Made by a program: the position numbers and the translations under genes. A stretch of 64,000 nt of DNA from Eledone cirrhosa (lineage: Eukaryota). The stretch lies in NCBI GenBank assembly GCA_964016885.1, contig OZ024747.1:64914001-64978000 (forward strand), read 5' to 3'. Under the pieces are notes generated by a model. The model ran no database searches and was not told where the DNA came from. It saw only the letters and a list, made by a program, of their open reading frames with translations. This document shows, in pieces, positions 14,998-28,050 of this stretch; position 1 is the stretch's first letter, and each line of letters starts with the position of its first letter.

Positions 14998-15212
14998 TCA
15001 TATACTTTATATACTTTATATACATTATAAAACTTTTTTTTAAAAGAATTGTCCCTCTGATTTTTTCAATAATGTCATCTTTTCAATAATGTCACTTTGA
15101 CGAATCAAAGAAAGGAAAAAAAAGAAAAACAGACCCCAAAATATATTTTCCGCGCTATTTCCAATTTCACCTTTTCTCTATATCCACTGTTTTGTATAGA
15201 ACCTTACTTCCC

Positions 15213-15244
<32 letters not shown>

Positions 15245-15315
15245 AATACCAAGGGCGGTGCTCCAGAATGGCCTCAGCCGGATGGCTGAAACAAGGTAAA
15301 AGAGTAAAAGAGTAA

Positions 15316-15411
<96 letters not shown>

Positions 15412-15439
15412 GCATGTATGTATATATATATATATATAT

Positions 15440-15968
15440 ATACTACTGTACGTCTGTATACATATATGTATGTACGTGTACATACTTATATTTAAGTAAC
15501 AGCCGTACTAAGAGTGGGACATGAAATTTCGTTTCATTTTTTCCGTTTATCGTTTTCGGTGCACCCGGCCGATTAACTCGATATGCAAATTGGGCTACTC
15601 AGCCGTTAATATGCATAAGGTAAGTATATACGTTCAACAATCTGGCAGGAAGGTATACGTTGCTGACGATAGCTAATAAGCTTGAAACTAGTACAGCGTT
15701 CCTTTGTCAGTGTTGAACAAACGAGCAATGATGGTTGCTGGACACTACGGCTTAATACGGGATGTTTGTTTACAAACACACCGAGCATTATAATAAATGT
15801 TCGGTGAATCCATCCGTACATATATATATATATGTGCATGTATGTATATATATATACATACTACTGTACGTCTGTATACATATATGTATGTACGTGTACA
15901 TACTTATATTTAAGTAACAGCCGTACTAAGAGTGGGAAATGAAATTTCGTTTCATTTTTTTCCGTTTA
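15440..15968 (+). mobile_element. Retrozyme-like family B: ~418-bp unit with ~105-bp or longer terminal redundancy
   Basis: The sequence starting CTACTGTACGTCTG at 15443 recurs at 15861; central HHR; microsatellite flanks. Confidence 0.85.
15657..15699 (+). ncRNA. Minimal type I hammerhead ribozyme
   Basis: ACGTTG-CTGACGA-TAGCTAATAAGCTT-GAAA-CTAG-TA-CAGCGT; intact core, stems I and II pair, palindromic CTAG stem III. Confidence 0.88.
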
Positions 15969-16035
15969 TATATATATATATATATATAGTATAAAAGAGA
16001 AAACACAGGTAAGCATTAAGAGAAGGATTTTATCC

Positions 16036-16101
<66 letters not shown>

Positions 16102-16291
16102 ATATATATACATATATAATATAATATATAAGAACAAAAGATGGTTAAAAGAGTTCCATGTATTTTATTATGCGCATTTCAAAAACAAATATCATCATGC
16201 AATAATATTTGTGTTTTCATCAGATAAAACAGGAAGACATGATATGAAGGTTAAAAAAACACTTGTGGATAGTGCAGTTTTAAATCAATAT

Positions 16292-16409
<118 letters not shown>

Positions 16410-17089
16410 TATGTTCTATATTAAGGTAAAAGACGATAGCCAGTTGGTGACTATACCCATTTTTATGTCTTATCTTCCACATCAAATGTACGAATTGACC
16501 GCAAATGTTATCTCACATTATGCAATAACTAATGTAATATTTGCTCACACATGCAAAACCTAATCAGATATTTAACTAAACGGAAACGACCATGTTTGCC
16601 TCAAAATACATATATCATTTGCCTCAAAATACATATATCATTTATTCAGATCAGTTTAGTTTAATTTAGTATGTCTCTTACTCAGGAATACCTGCTATAA
16701 ATGTAAATGAGGATTTATATTTAAGACGCAATCATCGACCAATCTTGTTACGTATTTTGTCTTCTTTCGCGGTAAAGCAATTCAGGAAAATATTTTGTAG
16801 TATTTTGCCAGTATAAATCTTGAGGCGATATAAATATAAAAACAAAATATAAAAACAAAAGTAGATTAGAGAGACGTAATACCTTAGAGATTAATAATGA
16901 GTTGGCAGAACTATTGATAGTCAAGTAATTGTGTTGACAGTAATGTTAGGAAACAACTTCTGTAGTCATCTTAATTCCATTCGAATGAAATATTCTATTC
17001 CCATGTTTCATGTTCTTTAAACAAAGTTTTGAGATTAGTTATCCAAAGTGTCATTAGCTAGAAACTATTTTAAATTATTATTATGTCAG

Positions 17090-17445
17090 GGTGGAGGGCG
17101 GTGGATTAGCAGTATCGGTAGAGCGTCCGACACCCTGTTTCATGGCATGGAGTTACGGTCCTTTACATTCTGAGTTTAAACTCCGTAAAGGTTAGCTTTA
17201 CTTTGACTTTACTCTTCTCCGAAATTGCTGGATTGTGCCTAAATAAGAAACCATTATTATGCCAAGATGGTGGATCGCCAGTATCGGTAGAGCGTTCTGA
17301 GTTTAAATCCTGCCGAGGTTAGCTTTGTCTTTCACCCTAAAGGGTTCGATAAAATAAAGTACCAGTCACACACTGGGGTTCATTTAATCGACCTTCCATC
17401 CCCCAAAATTGCTGGCCTTGTACCTAAATCAGAAACCATTGTTAT
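17090..17445 (+). mobile_element. Two tandem SINE copies, major family
   Basis: GGTGGATT.GCAGTATCGGTAGAGCGT heads at ~17100 and ~17268, each with an internal deletion. Confidence 0.8.
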
Positions 17446-17924
17446 GTCATCTCGTTTAGCGTTTGGTTATGCTCAGGGATAATAAAGAGTATACCAAAAA
17501 ATAAAAACACAATGAAATTGTTAAATTTATGTGTGGTATAAGGTTTAACCACACTCACACACAAATGATAAACCTTCACCTGCGCTAAATCATGACTTTC
17601 TAGATGTGCTGCCTGAGAAAAGCTGTGAACAAAATCAGATTAAATAGGATCAGGTTCAACAAGATCGGCAAAATAGCGAAGACAAGACCAATCCCTCGTC
17701 ATATACAACAATGTAGTGTACGATGGATGGTTCGGCCACTTCACGAAAATGCCAGCCTATCAGGATATCTTGTCACAAGTACACATGATCTCATATATCA
17801 TCACACCAGTATAGGCCTTCCAGCTGACTGCAGAACAAAAGCTATTTCTTGTGATACACAGGGATCCAAGCAGAGTTTATATAAAAATAAACAGATATGT
17901 GTAATTTATTGATATACTTCAGAC

Positions 17925-18098
17925 CATCAGTCAGTTGTGATGCTTTTCAGAGTATCAGTCAGTTCTGATATGTTTCTGAACATCAGTCAGTTGTGATGCT
18001 TTTCAGAATATTAGTGAGTTCTGATATGTTTCTGAACATCAGTCAGTTGTGATGCTTTTCAGGGTATTAGTGAGTTCTGATATGTTTCTGAACATCAG
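17925..18098. repeat. 56-bp minisatellite x3 (dimer of diverged 28-mers)
   Basis: CATCAGTCAGTTGTGATGCTTTTCAG at 17925, 17981 and 18037. Confidence 0.9.
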
Positions 18099-19271
18099 AT
18101 TTGGTTGCATAATAATTTTTAAGCAAACGTAGCTGATCAATTAATTAGAAGCAGCTTATTGCTCATGGACCACAGTTATTCATAAACGCAATATCTGTTG
18201 AAATTGATTTTTCAATATTCAGCATTCGCCTTTTCTATATTCTCTATACTGCAAGATAAGATAACCAAAAGTTTTAAAACATAATAGATTCAGTGCGTGG
18301 GCCCCGATTTGCTGACAATAGTGAGAGATGACGAAGGCGGGAGAAGCGGAGACGGGGACAGTGGGAGTTTAGATCTTCTGTGTTCGGAACTGGTGTATAT
18401 ATGTGTATATAAGACAGAATGAATATACATTACTATCTAACATAATTCAATTCACAGTTGTATAAAAAGCATTGGATAGAAAACTATGTGGAGCTGAGAG
18501 ATAGATGAATAGATAGATAGATATGATACTGAAGGAAAAGTTATCGTGATACAATACATTAAAATGTAGTTATTAGTGGTAATAGATGTAAAATGCTCTA
18601 CTAAAGATTCTATGGTGATATTTCCTACGTTCATAATTCAAATGTAATCACCAAGAAAATAAAAATATATATATATATGGCGTAAATGAATTAAAATGTT
18701 TTAATAGAAAATATATGAGATATTTTCAATTCACTAGTTTTGAATTATATGCAATTATTATAAGCCACAAGCTAAATTTTCTGCACTCATAGACTTTGCA
18801 AAAGCTTTACAGAAACCAGAATAAGTATTTCTAAAGGCAACAGTTAATTGTGAGGTATTTGGTGAATATATTCATTTTTTTAAAGCCGACTCCATCCGGT
18901 GTACTTAATAAACTTAGTGTAATTTGTCATAAATGTAATATCATTACATATGTAGTCTTCAGGATAATATCAATTGCTTTGAGTTATATAGAACATTAAT
19001 CTCTTTTTAAGCTATAATGAAGATTTGGCTGCTATTTCATGGAGGTTGGAAAACGTCTTAGAAACTCTCTCATTGTACATCTACTATTCGTTCCTGTGGC
19101 TTATAAATATCATTTCTATATAGTTCATTCCGCCATCGTGTTTGTTATCTTCCTTTGTTTCTCTTGTGGTTTATCGGAATTGATTTTGTCAGTAGTCTCA
19201 TCAACCTGTTGTCGTACCTTTGGACGTATTCCCCCTAATTTTGTTTCAACTTAAATTTTCCTCTCTTCATG

Positions 19272-19654
19272 TTCACCCCGGTCTCGAATAATCGTCCCCA
19301 CCCCACTTATTAATTTTTCAGATTATGTCCACACTTCCCCAACCCCATTTTTATCCTTCCTCTTCCGCTTATTAAATTTTGCTAATCTATCTCCGACGAA
19401 ATTTTATTTTAAGAGGTGGCATTCTTGCGACAATTAATTTTCTTTAGACATTCAAAAATATTATAAATTATAAAAAGTACATTACTAGGAATCCCATACG
19501 TTATAAAAGAAATAGGATGAGATGGGGTCAAAATATGTAAACTAAATGATTCATTCTGGCTTTTTAAAAATCACCAGAGACAATCTAGAAATATTACCGA
19601 TTTCCCCCCTCCCTCGCTTATTCCAACCTACCTATTATTTGGGACCCGAGAGTA
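19272..19654. mobile_element. Probable MITE
   Basis: Right end ATTATTTGGGACCCGAGAGTA versus degraded left CACCCCGGTCTCGAATAAT; C-rich subterminal motifs. Confidence 0.45.
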
Positions 19655-19738
19655 CGTCATTTTTTTGTTACGTTCCTCTATTATTACAAGTATAATTAAT
19701 TTGTAATCATACTTCAACTGTTCTAAGAGTACTCATAG

Positions 19739-19847
19739 CAAACCGGCCAACTCTCCACTTAGGGGTGGGTGACAGTTGTCTTCTTTCGTGGAAATGGGTA
19801 TAGCTTTCATTTCTCCCCGTTTGGGCTTTTTGATATTGGCAGGTCTG
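19739..19847. mobile_element. Small MITE
   Basis: TIRs CAAACCGGCCAA / TTGGCAGGTCTG flanked by TCATAG on both sides. Confidence 0.55.
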
Positions 19848-20444
19848 TCATAGGTTTTAAAGCGGCAACACAACAAAACAATAGATGAGACAATAGCTAT
19901 GAACTCGTCTTTTAATCTTTAGAATATTTCGCTTTTAATAATGAAAATTATATTTTAAAATAACGCCTGAAATGTAATAACATATTTGTTTTGTAATCGA
20001 TTCTCTATGAAACACCTCTAGCTCTAGTTAAATATAGAATTAATATAATTGATTCAAAAGTGGTATATTGACAGCCTCGATGAAGAATTCATTACTTTAT
20101 AATAATTCAATTTCAGATACATTTTACAACTTCTTGTGTTAACGAACTGAATAAGTCTGAGTTTAGCATGGTAAGATATTTGTAGTTAGGTATAGTTAAA
20201 TATAGAATTAATATAATAATTGATTGATAAGCTATATATTGATGCTAGCTATATAGAATACATTATTTGATAATAATATAATTTTAATCACATTGTACCG
20301 TCATCCGCACATTAACAAGGTGAATAATTCTAAGTAAGGTATAATTAAATATAGTTAGGTATAGTTAAATATGGAATTGATATAATTAAATAATACATCA
20401 TTCATTGATAGATGATATATATAATTCATTATATAATAGTGATT

Positions 20445-20620
20445 GCTAATTAAACACAAGTCCTGCAATTTATGGGCAGCGAGACGTCAATTATATCAAC
20501 CCCGTAAGGAAGATAAGCAAAGTTTATCTTGGCAGGATTTGAACTCAGAACGTCACAGCCTGCAAGAAATGCTACGTGAGATTTTTCCGACGAACTCACG
20601 ACTCTGCTAATCGACCGCCT
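20445..20620 (-). mobile_element. Old SINE copy, major family
   Basis: GCAAAGTTTATCTTGGCAGGATTTGAACTCAGAACG. Confidence 0.65.
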
Positions 20621-20936
20621 CGAAATAATTATGTGATACTAATATAATTTTGGACATATTTTACGACCACCCACAAGTTAAAATTCGTTCGTAGCTGGAG
20701 AGAACTCATTACTAATCCTTATAACAGACTAAAATTTCAGACGGTTATATATATATATATGGGGGGGGGGGGTATTGACACATCGCCAGAGTGAAGAGCA
20801 GATTGATAATGGAGTTGGGTCCACAGCTCCTATGGTTGACTCTGAGCCAATCCTCTGAGAAACGCGTGTAACAGATTGATACACAATAAAAATCTAAATA
20901 CATGTAAACGAAATGTCATCGTTTTTTCAATATATA

Positions 20937-21072
<136 letters not shown>

Positions 21073-21076
21073 GAGA

Positions 21077-21450
21077 GGGTTCATAATTTTGAGGACAGAC
21101 GCATAGAGCACGAGAAGATCAAACAAACAATGCCCTGGTGTATCTCTCGAAACGATCGGTGTCTCCATTGAATTGGTATTCCCTGAGTGTGGAAAGATTT
21201 GCTTGAGCAAATCTGTTCTCAGGAGCCACATTCGGAGCCATGTTCAAAGAGAACCAGTGAACTATGATCTCCACTGTATTGTGAAGGTTCACAGGCAACC
21301 TGATGCAGTACCTGAGGCCAGGGAGATCCATAGTTGTCGTCAAGTGCGAAAGAGTGCAAGTCTTTAGCAGGTTTGAAAAGCCATATCCGAGCGTCACACA
21401 TCTGAATCTGACAAACGATTGCAATACTCTTAGCAGATTTTGCAGACAAC
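21077..21450 (+). pseudogene. 3' fragment of an RTE related to the intact element
   Basis: VHNFEDRRIEHEKIK...ECGKICLSKSVLRSHIRSH...SLAGLKSHIR aligns to the C-terminus of the 1181-aa ORF; middle zinc finger deleted. Confidence 0.85.
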
Positions 21451-21772
21451 ATATATATATACAGTGAGAGAGAGAAAGAGAGAGAGAGAGAGAGGGGGGG
21501 GAGAATTATTCAAATTCCGTTTGAGTAATCAATTATATTGATTGTTCTACAAGAATCAAAGATGCCCTACAGTAGTGTTTACTCAAAGGTCATTGTAACT
21601 ACGTATCTAAGTAGTTGGATGGGAAATTAATTTTAATTAAAATAATTAAATAATCAAGTGTCAGCGGTCCAAGACGTATATGTAATGCATATGATGAAAC
21701 ACGTGTAAGTGTTACGCAATAAATGTTATTCCTACTCATCTGGATTATGGTGTGTTTAATATCTTTGTAATT

Positions 21773-21819
<47 letters not shown>

Positions 21820-21834
21820 GTGTGTGTGGGGGGG

Positions 21835-22025
21835 ATTCAGGACCCCGACGGCTGAGCTCCAGCCATTTCGACAGCTAGATCCGAACTAAGCCAGCAATGG
21901 GTGGCTTAGTTCGGATCAGCCGTCTGAGTCCTGACTCTTTACCTATTACCCACTCTACTACCCTAAGTATCGAGTACTCTGGGTTTTTATGGTCCAGCTG
22001 GTATCTTACCACACCTTCTTTGCTA
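21835..22025. mobile_element. Family D fold-back
   Basis: GATCCGAACTAAGCCA / TGGCTTAGTTCGGATC arms; tail CCTATTACCCACTCTACTACCCTAAGTATCGAGTAC. Confidence 0.7.
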
Positions 22026-22040
22026 TACACACACACACAC

Positions 22041-22112
<72 letters not shown>

Positions 22113-22249
22113 ATAAGAATATGTATATTTATATATGTTTAATACAATTATAAATATGGAGGGTTGTACTAAGTACTAGCTGGTTACCGGTATGACAAAA
22201 GGCTCAATGCGAATTTTCAAGTGTTTTACAGAGCCGAGATACAAAGTGT

Positions 22250-23292
22250 TAAAACGATCAAATATTTGTTTAGAACATTTATTTGCTGACAATTGTTTCT
22301 TCCAGGGGGACGTCTGGAATCATCGAAGCAAAGGGAATGTCAAAACATGTGACTAAAATCCTCGTCATTCAGAACATTTAGGATAAATAAGTGTTGTTAG
22401 TGTCATGGACATCATGTGGAGAATCAGGAGTTAAAAAGATGTTATGCTTGAGAGAACACAATTACAAGCAGCACTGGTTGAAAGTGTAAGAGGTATAAGC
22501 AAAAAGTACAGGCAAAAAAGGGTACAAGCAAGGAAAAATGTGGGATAGGATAGACATAAGATATAAGATATAAGACATCTTAACATTAGAAAACAGTTAA
22601 TGTTATGGGTGTACAATTCAGGAGAACAATGGGTGTACAATACATTTGAAATAAACATATTTCGTGTGGGATGTTAAAGCATGCTATAAGTGTTAGAAAT
22701 GTTTAAGATAGCGTGCTATATGTTAGAGAGACATGTGATGATAATGTAGGTATATGTTATGTGAGGTGTAATGCAAAGCACGTGATAGAATTGGATAGGT
22801 GATTTTCACTCAAGTGTTTTTATGTTGTAGTTCGTATGTATGTGTATATGTTGGTTGTAACTCACATCTATTAACCATGGGATTATTTTGAGTCGTTTAT
22901 AGTTAATAGCTGTCTGTTTGTTAAATGTAAATTCCGCCGAATTACAGGCCATAGTGTTATAGTAGGTATATTATATTATGCATGTTTATCTACAAATTAT
23001 CTTTTCTAAGGTTTGTATTAACCGCTATTAAGATGTTGATAAACCGTTACGTTGCTTAATTCTATGAATTTAAACATGAAAATGTAGGGGGGGGGGGGGT
23101 AATAACAAACGGAGGTAATTAAGGTTGTTGATAAATTGAGGGCTGTTTTATTATTGTAGTAGTTTTACAAATTAATCTTTATAGAGTATATATAATATTA
23201 TTATTGGTTATTATTTATATAATTGTTATCTTCCCCCAGGAAGAAACAAATTGTCAGCAAATAAATGTTCTAAACTAAAATTTGATTGTTTT
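22250..23292 (-). mobile_element. Penelope-like 3' fragment with a short inverted pseudo-LTR at the other end (family N)
   Basis: 22255-22310 is inverted at 23232-23292; HHR motif on minus at the left end. Confidence 0.7.
22282..22332 (-). ncRNA. Type I hammerhead motif with UCGAUGA core
   Basis: TTTGCT-TCGATGA-TTCCAG..CTGGAA-GAAA-CAATTG-TC-AGCAAA overlapping AATAAA; perfect 6-bp stems I and II. Confidence 0.75.
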
Positions 23293-23293
23293 A

Positions 23294-23329
<36 letters not shown>

Positions 23330-23461
23330 GTAAGTATGTTTTGAAACAGTGAGCGAGTTTGAAATTAGAAAATATATAGCTTTCACCGTATTTTTGACTA
23401 AAGGAATTTTAGCTTGATAACGGGGTTTAGAACCTTCAGATAAATGGAAAAAGATGAGTAT

Positions 23462-23532
23462 TGACGTACATGGGAGACGAACCCACATCTGTGGTTATCG
23501 GGACCACTGTGCTACCATTACACCAACACATC
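23462..23532 (-). tRNA. tRNA-like cloverleaf (non-canonical anticodon loop CCCGATA)
   Basis: GATGTGT-TG-GTGTAATGGTAGCAC-A-GTGGT-CCCGATA-ACCAC-AGAT-GTGGG-TTCGTCT-CCCAT-GTACGTC-A. Confidence 0.7.
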
Positions 23533-23638
23533 ACCCATCTCTTCTAATTTCAAACTCGCTCACTGTTTCAAAACATACTTACTTGCCATTTAAACTCGCT
23601 AAGAATGTAGTTTCTAATTTGAATGAAAAGAGAACGGT

Positions 23639-23709
23639 GATGTGTTGGTGTAATGGTAGCACAGCGGTCGCGATAACCACAGATGTGGGTTCGACTCCCA
23701 TGTACGTCA
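23639..23709 (+). tRNA. tRNA-like cloverleaf with A box, B box and downstream T5
   Basis: A box TGGTGTAATGG, B box GGTTCGACTCC, 71-nt cloverleaf, TTTTT about 10 nt downstream; lacks U33 and R37, so probably not a decoding tRNA. Confidence 0.75.
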
Positions 23710-23795
23710 ATACTCATCTTTTTCCATTTATCTGAGGGTTCTAAACCCCGTTATCAAGCTAAAATTCTTTTAGTAAAAATTACGGTGAAAGCTAT

Positions 23796-23840
<45 letters not shown>

Positions 23841-24049
23841 TAACAGAAATAACAGATTAAAGTTTAAGCAAAGAATCGCTGCTTTCACTCTTAACGTGAT
23901 CTTCTGAAACTAACAAAGTCAATCTGTAAACGCAGAACTGGATATTTCAAAAAACGTTGCAACCGGAGGAAGACAGGAAGACAGGAAGACATATATATAT
24001 ATATATATATGTATATACATGTACATATATATATATATATATATATAAA

Positions 24050-24180
24050 GTGTCAGATAGGATGTTTTGGCTCTCTGTAGTTTCTGAGTTCAAATTCCGC
24101 CAAGGTCAATTTTTTCCCTTTATACTTCCGAAGACTCAATATAAAAAATTACCAGTCGAGACTGGGGTAAATTGTTTCTC
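24050..24180 (+). mobile_element. Old SINE fragment, major family
   Basis: TTCTGAGTTCAAATTCCGCCAAGGTCAA...TACCAGTCGAGACTGGGG. Confidence 0.6.
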
Positions 24181-25174
24181 TACGCCACTTTCTCATTTAC
24201 GTTTGATTACTCCTTCTTTTTTTCTCTTCTTTCCATGGACTCCGCCATGTTTAAAATGTCCAAGATGTATGTCACTATGGCGCCCCTACAACTCCATCAA
24301 CATTTACTTGTACATACATACATACATACATACATACATACACACATACATATATCCGTACTCACATAGATATATACATATATACATATATACATACATA
24401 CATACATAAATGCATACATATGTACATACACACGTACGAACATACATATATACACACATACACACATACATGCATACAGACGTGCATGCATACATACACA
24501 CATACACACATACACACATACACACATACATATATCCAAACATAAGTTCCGTGTGAAAGCATGTATGTGTATATTGTGCGTTTGCGATTGAGTATTGATG
24601 CATAAATTTGCATATGTGTATATGCGTATATCTGAATATGGGTAAATGCGTGCGTGTGTACCCCAGTTTATGAATTAAGAACTCATATGTATATCCCGGG
24701 AGAAAACAAAACCGAATATCCGACATATACATGCATAGTCACATACACAGACATACACACAGACACAGACATACACACAGACACAGACATACACACAGAC
24801 ACAGACATACACACAGACACAGACATACACACAGACACAAACACACACAGATACGCACAGAAGCATGGGAAAACATGCAAACACACTGACACATGGGTCC
24901 ATATATCGACATATATGCACGCTATTCATACATATATATGTATGGGGCGTGTCACATGTGGATCTATATATACGCATATATGGTTGTGTATATATGTATG
25001 AGTATATACAATTTGCTTTTAAGTATTTTGAGTATATATGCCATGTTGACATTTGATTGAATAAATACTAATATACAGATGTTCTAGACCATCAAAGTTC
25101 ATATGGAATATATATATATACAAACGAGCATTTTGCCTGGGTGTATATGAATTAAATACGAGTATATATCTAAT

Positions 25175-25306
<132 letters not shown>

Positions 25307-25383
25307 GGGCTTAATCGCGGGTAACCACAGTAAGTAGGGTACTCAATACATAGCAGAGTATAAATATTTAATATAGAAATGGC

Positions 25384-25428
25384 TTCTACAGGACTAGAAC
25401 TGTTTCATTTGAAGGAAATCATCAGGAA
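25384..25428 (-). ncRNA. Type I hammerhead of family O (element 25305-25430)
   Basis: TTC-CTGATGA-TTTCCTTCAAAT-GAAA-CAG-TTCTAGTC-CTG-TA-GAA. Confidence 0.75.
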
Positions 25429-25448
25429 ATATATATATACACACACAT

Positions 25449-25496
<48 letters not shown>

Positions 25497-25500
<4 letters not shown>

Positions 25501-25910
25501 AATATGAAAACATGGCGTGCTGCGTGGTTGCAAATGGGTTACATATGAATAAATTTAGTCCTTCATCATCCAGCCTTCATTGGTATTTCATCGCTTTAAA
25601 GACCATATACCTCCGGTTGATGCGAGCAACAGCTAAAGAAAGTCGTTGGGATACGTAAATAGGGAGAACGAGCGAGATAGTAAACAAATAAAGATGGTAA
25701 TGCAACGAAAAGTGAGGAAGAAGGAGTCAACTCCCTGAAATCGATGAACATAAGTTCTGTGAAATCGTGGACGAGAGAGAATAAAGACCATCCAACCTGG
25801 TCGAAATGTGAGTAAGGAAAGAATTTCGCACAGGTCAAACGGGAGGAAGAAGGAGTGAAGTCCCTGAAATCGATGAACATAAGTTCTGTGAAATCGTAGA
25901 CGAGAGAGAT
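25497..25910. mobile_element. Family E second copy, different permutation, with a ~60-bp internal duplication
   Basis: Reads through the unit junction of 4555-5115; 25720-25780 is repeated at 25848-25908. Confidence 0.75.
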
Positions 25911-25916
25911 ATATAT

Positions 25917-25957
<41 letters not shown>

Positions 25958-26683
25958 CTATCTCTCCATGATATGACACTCTTCGACCTCTTTCTCATTC
26001 TGGTTTTATATAAAGAGGGTTACCAACCCCTAGTCTCAAACACACGGAAAACGAAACATAGAGAAGGATAGAAGACAAATAAGAAAAAGGAGGAGGAGGA
26101 GGAGGAGGAGGAGGAGGAGGAGGAGGAGGAGGAGGAGGAGGAGGAGGCAGATAAGGAAAGAACAGCATGGAATGAGATAACACAACAAAAGTGACACTGT
26201 TAAGTATACCACAACAATAACAGAAACAATAACAATATCAAAAAACAACGTAAGCACAACCAGCCAGTGTAGAGGGACCGGGAATTATAATAGGATAGCG
26301 AGGAATGTTACAGCATTAAATGTGTTACAATAACAGAGAGATGTCCTCCTGAATAGGGTTCGAACTTTTGATTTGAAATTAGATGTCTAAGAAGGAAGAA
26401 ATATATAATATCTCCATTCAGTAGTTTCTGCAGATTCATTGGTTTGATACACATAAATCTATTACGCTTCAGACAAACACCATTAAAACTGATCACACAC
26501 AATTGAAGATGAATAGTTGGAATATTTATACATATATATCTATATATATATATATATATGGAAGGGGGCATATATTTATGTAATATATATATATATATAT
26601 GGGGAGGGCATATATTTATGTAATATATATATATACAGGGGGCATATATGTATGTAATATATATATATATATATATGTGTATG

Positions 26684-26781
<98 letters not shown>

Positions 26782-27240
26782 TGTATGGTATGCTAACTTT
26801 TTTTTCATTTGAGATCAATTCTTTTAAAACCGATCGAATCCACTAGAAAATGGCTTACTTTATGGCTTGGAAGAATTTCCTCATTTATTGTCGTGCCATT
26901 CTTTGGAGAGTTGGCAGTCAGAATAGATTTGCTATGACTTCCACGCAACACTGCATGGAAGACCAATTTATAGAAAGCAGTAAGAATACTTAATAAAGGA
27001 GCGAAAGAGTCATAATGATTATATACATACATATATTCATATATATGTACATATTATATATATATATATATTATATATATATAAATATATATATATGTAT
27101 ATATGCCGATTATTATGCTCTTACATGTGTGTGCTTCTAGAAAGGCAATGTTGTACAAATGTAAATATAGCGATGTCTATCAATCAAGCTACCTACTTAT
27201 TTGCTTATCCATCATTTTTCTTCTTTCCACCCTCTATGCA

Positions 27241-27314
<74 letters not shown>

Positions 27315-27412
27315 AATATATATAGGGAAATGTTTAACCTCGACGGCAGAGCTCAAGCCGTTTCGACGGTTATTTCGTTATGGTCCATCTGGTTCCTTAC
27401 CACACTTCCTTC

Positions 27413-27466
<54 letters not shown>

Positions 27467-27469
<3 letters not shown>

Positions 27470-27853
27470 GCTGCCAACTCGTTTTCGAGTACGGCCACTA
27501 CTTTATATCCAAGTAGGAGAACTCCTACCGATGCGCTGAACGAGTGTGACTTTTTAGTCCAGCTAGCGACTTGAAAACTATGGTACAAACACTACACATG
27601 TGGCAATTATTGACACACAGTCCTGGGCCCATGGCACCATGTGACGAGAAGTGCAGAGAGATCTCCAGATATAAAGCAATGCCTGTGCCGTGAAGCTTTT
27701 ATAGTGAGCAAAGGCACTGCACAAAGCCAGTCCCACTCTCCTAACCAAGATGATATTTACCAAAAAGAAGAACAAGTCAACATCATTGGATACCATCAGG
27801 GTTGCAGGTGTTATATCAGAGTTGACAAAGGGTAAGGGCTCAACTCTCTTGGA
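27467..27853 (-). mobile_element. Bipartite non-autonomous RTE derivative (5' UTR segment + 3' stem-loop)
   Basis: 27676-27826 is homologous to RTE 5' UTR 31841-31994; 27467-27501 is homologous to RTE 3' end 27921-27956. Confidence 0.75.
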
Positions 27854-27986
27854 TACATACATACATACATACATACATACATACATACATACATACATAC
27901 ATACATACATACATACATGATGGCTGCCCCCTCGTTATCGAGTATGGCCATTGCACAATAAAAAAAATAAAAATAAAAAATAAAAA

Positions 27987-28050
<64 letters not shown>

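Larger units (their letters stand above)
23330..23807. mobile_element. Family C, longest copy: ~260-bp permuted unit plus inverted arm
   Basis: Plus arm 23541-23807 starts and ends in TTCTAAT; minus arm 23330-23535. Confidence 0.8.

Noticed and set aside
17925-18098. CRISPR-like regular repeats (also 62208-62525)
   Set aside because: Eukaryotic context, no unique spacers of uniform length and no cas genes; these are a minisatellite and Helitron subrepeats.
23639-23709. Functional tRNA-Ser(CGA) gene
   Set aside because: It has a short variable loop, lacks U33 and purine 37, and has three G-U pairs in the acceptor stem; treated as tRNA-like only.
23720-23800. GAGGGTTCTAAACCCC resembles the twister ribozyme P4/L4 motif; CTGAGGG..GAAAGCTA resembles an HHR
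   Set aside because: I could not form the twister T1/T2 pseudoknots and P2, nor HHR stem I.
26780-27030. Exon-like unique segment between TA runs
   Set aside because: No clear splice pair or recognisable protein.
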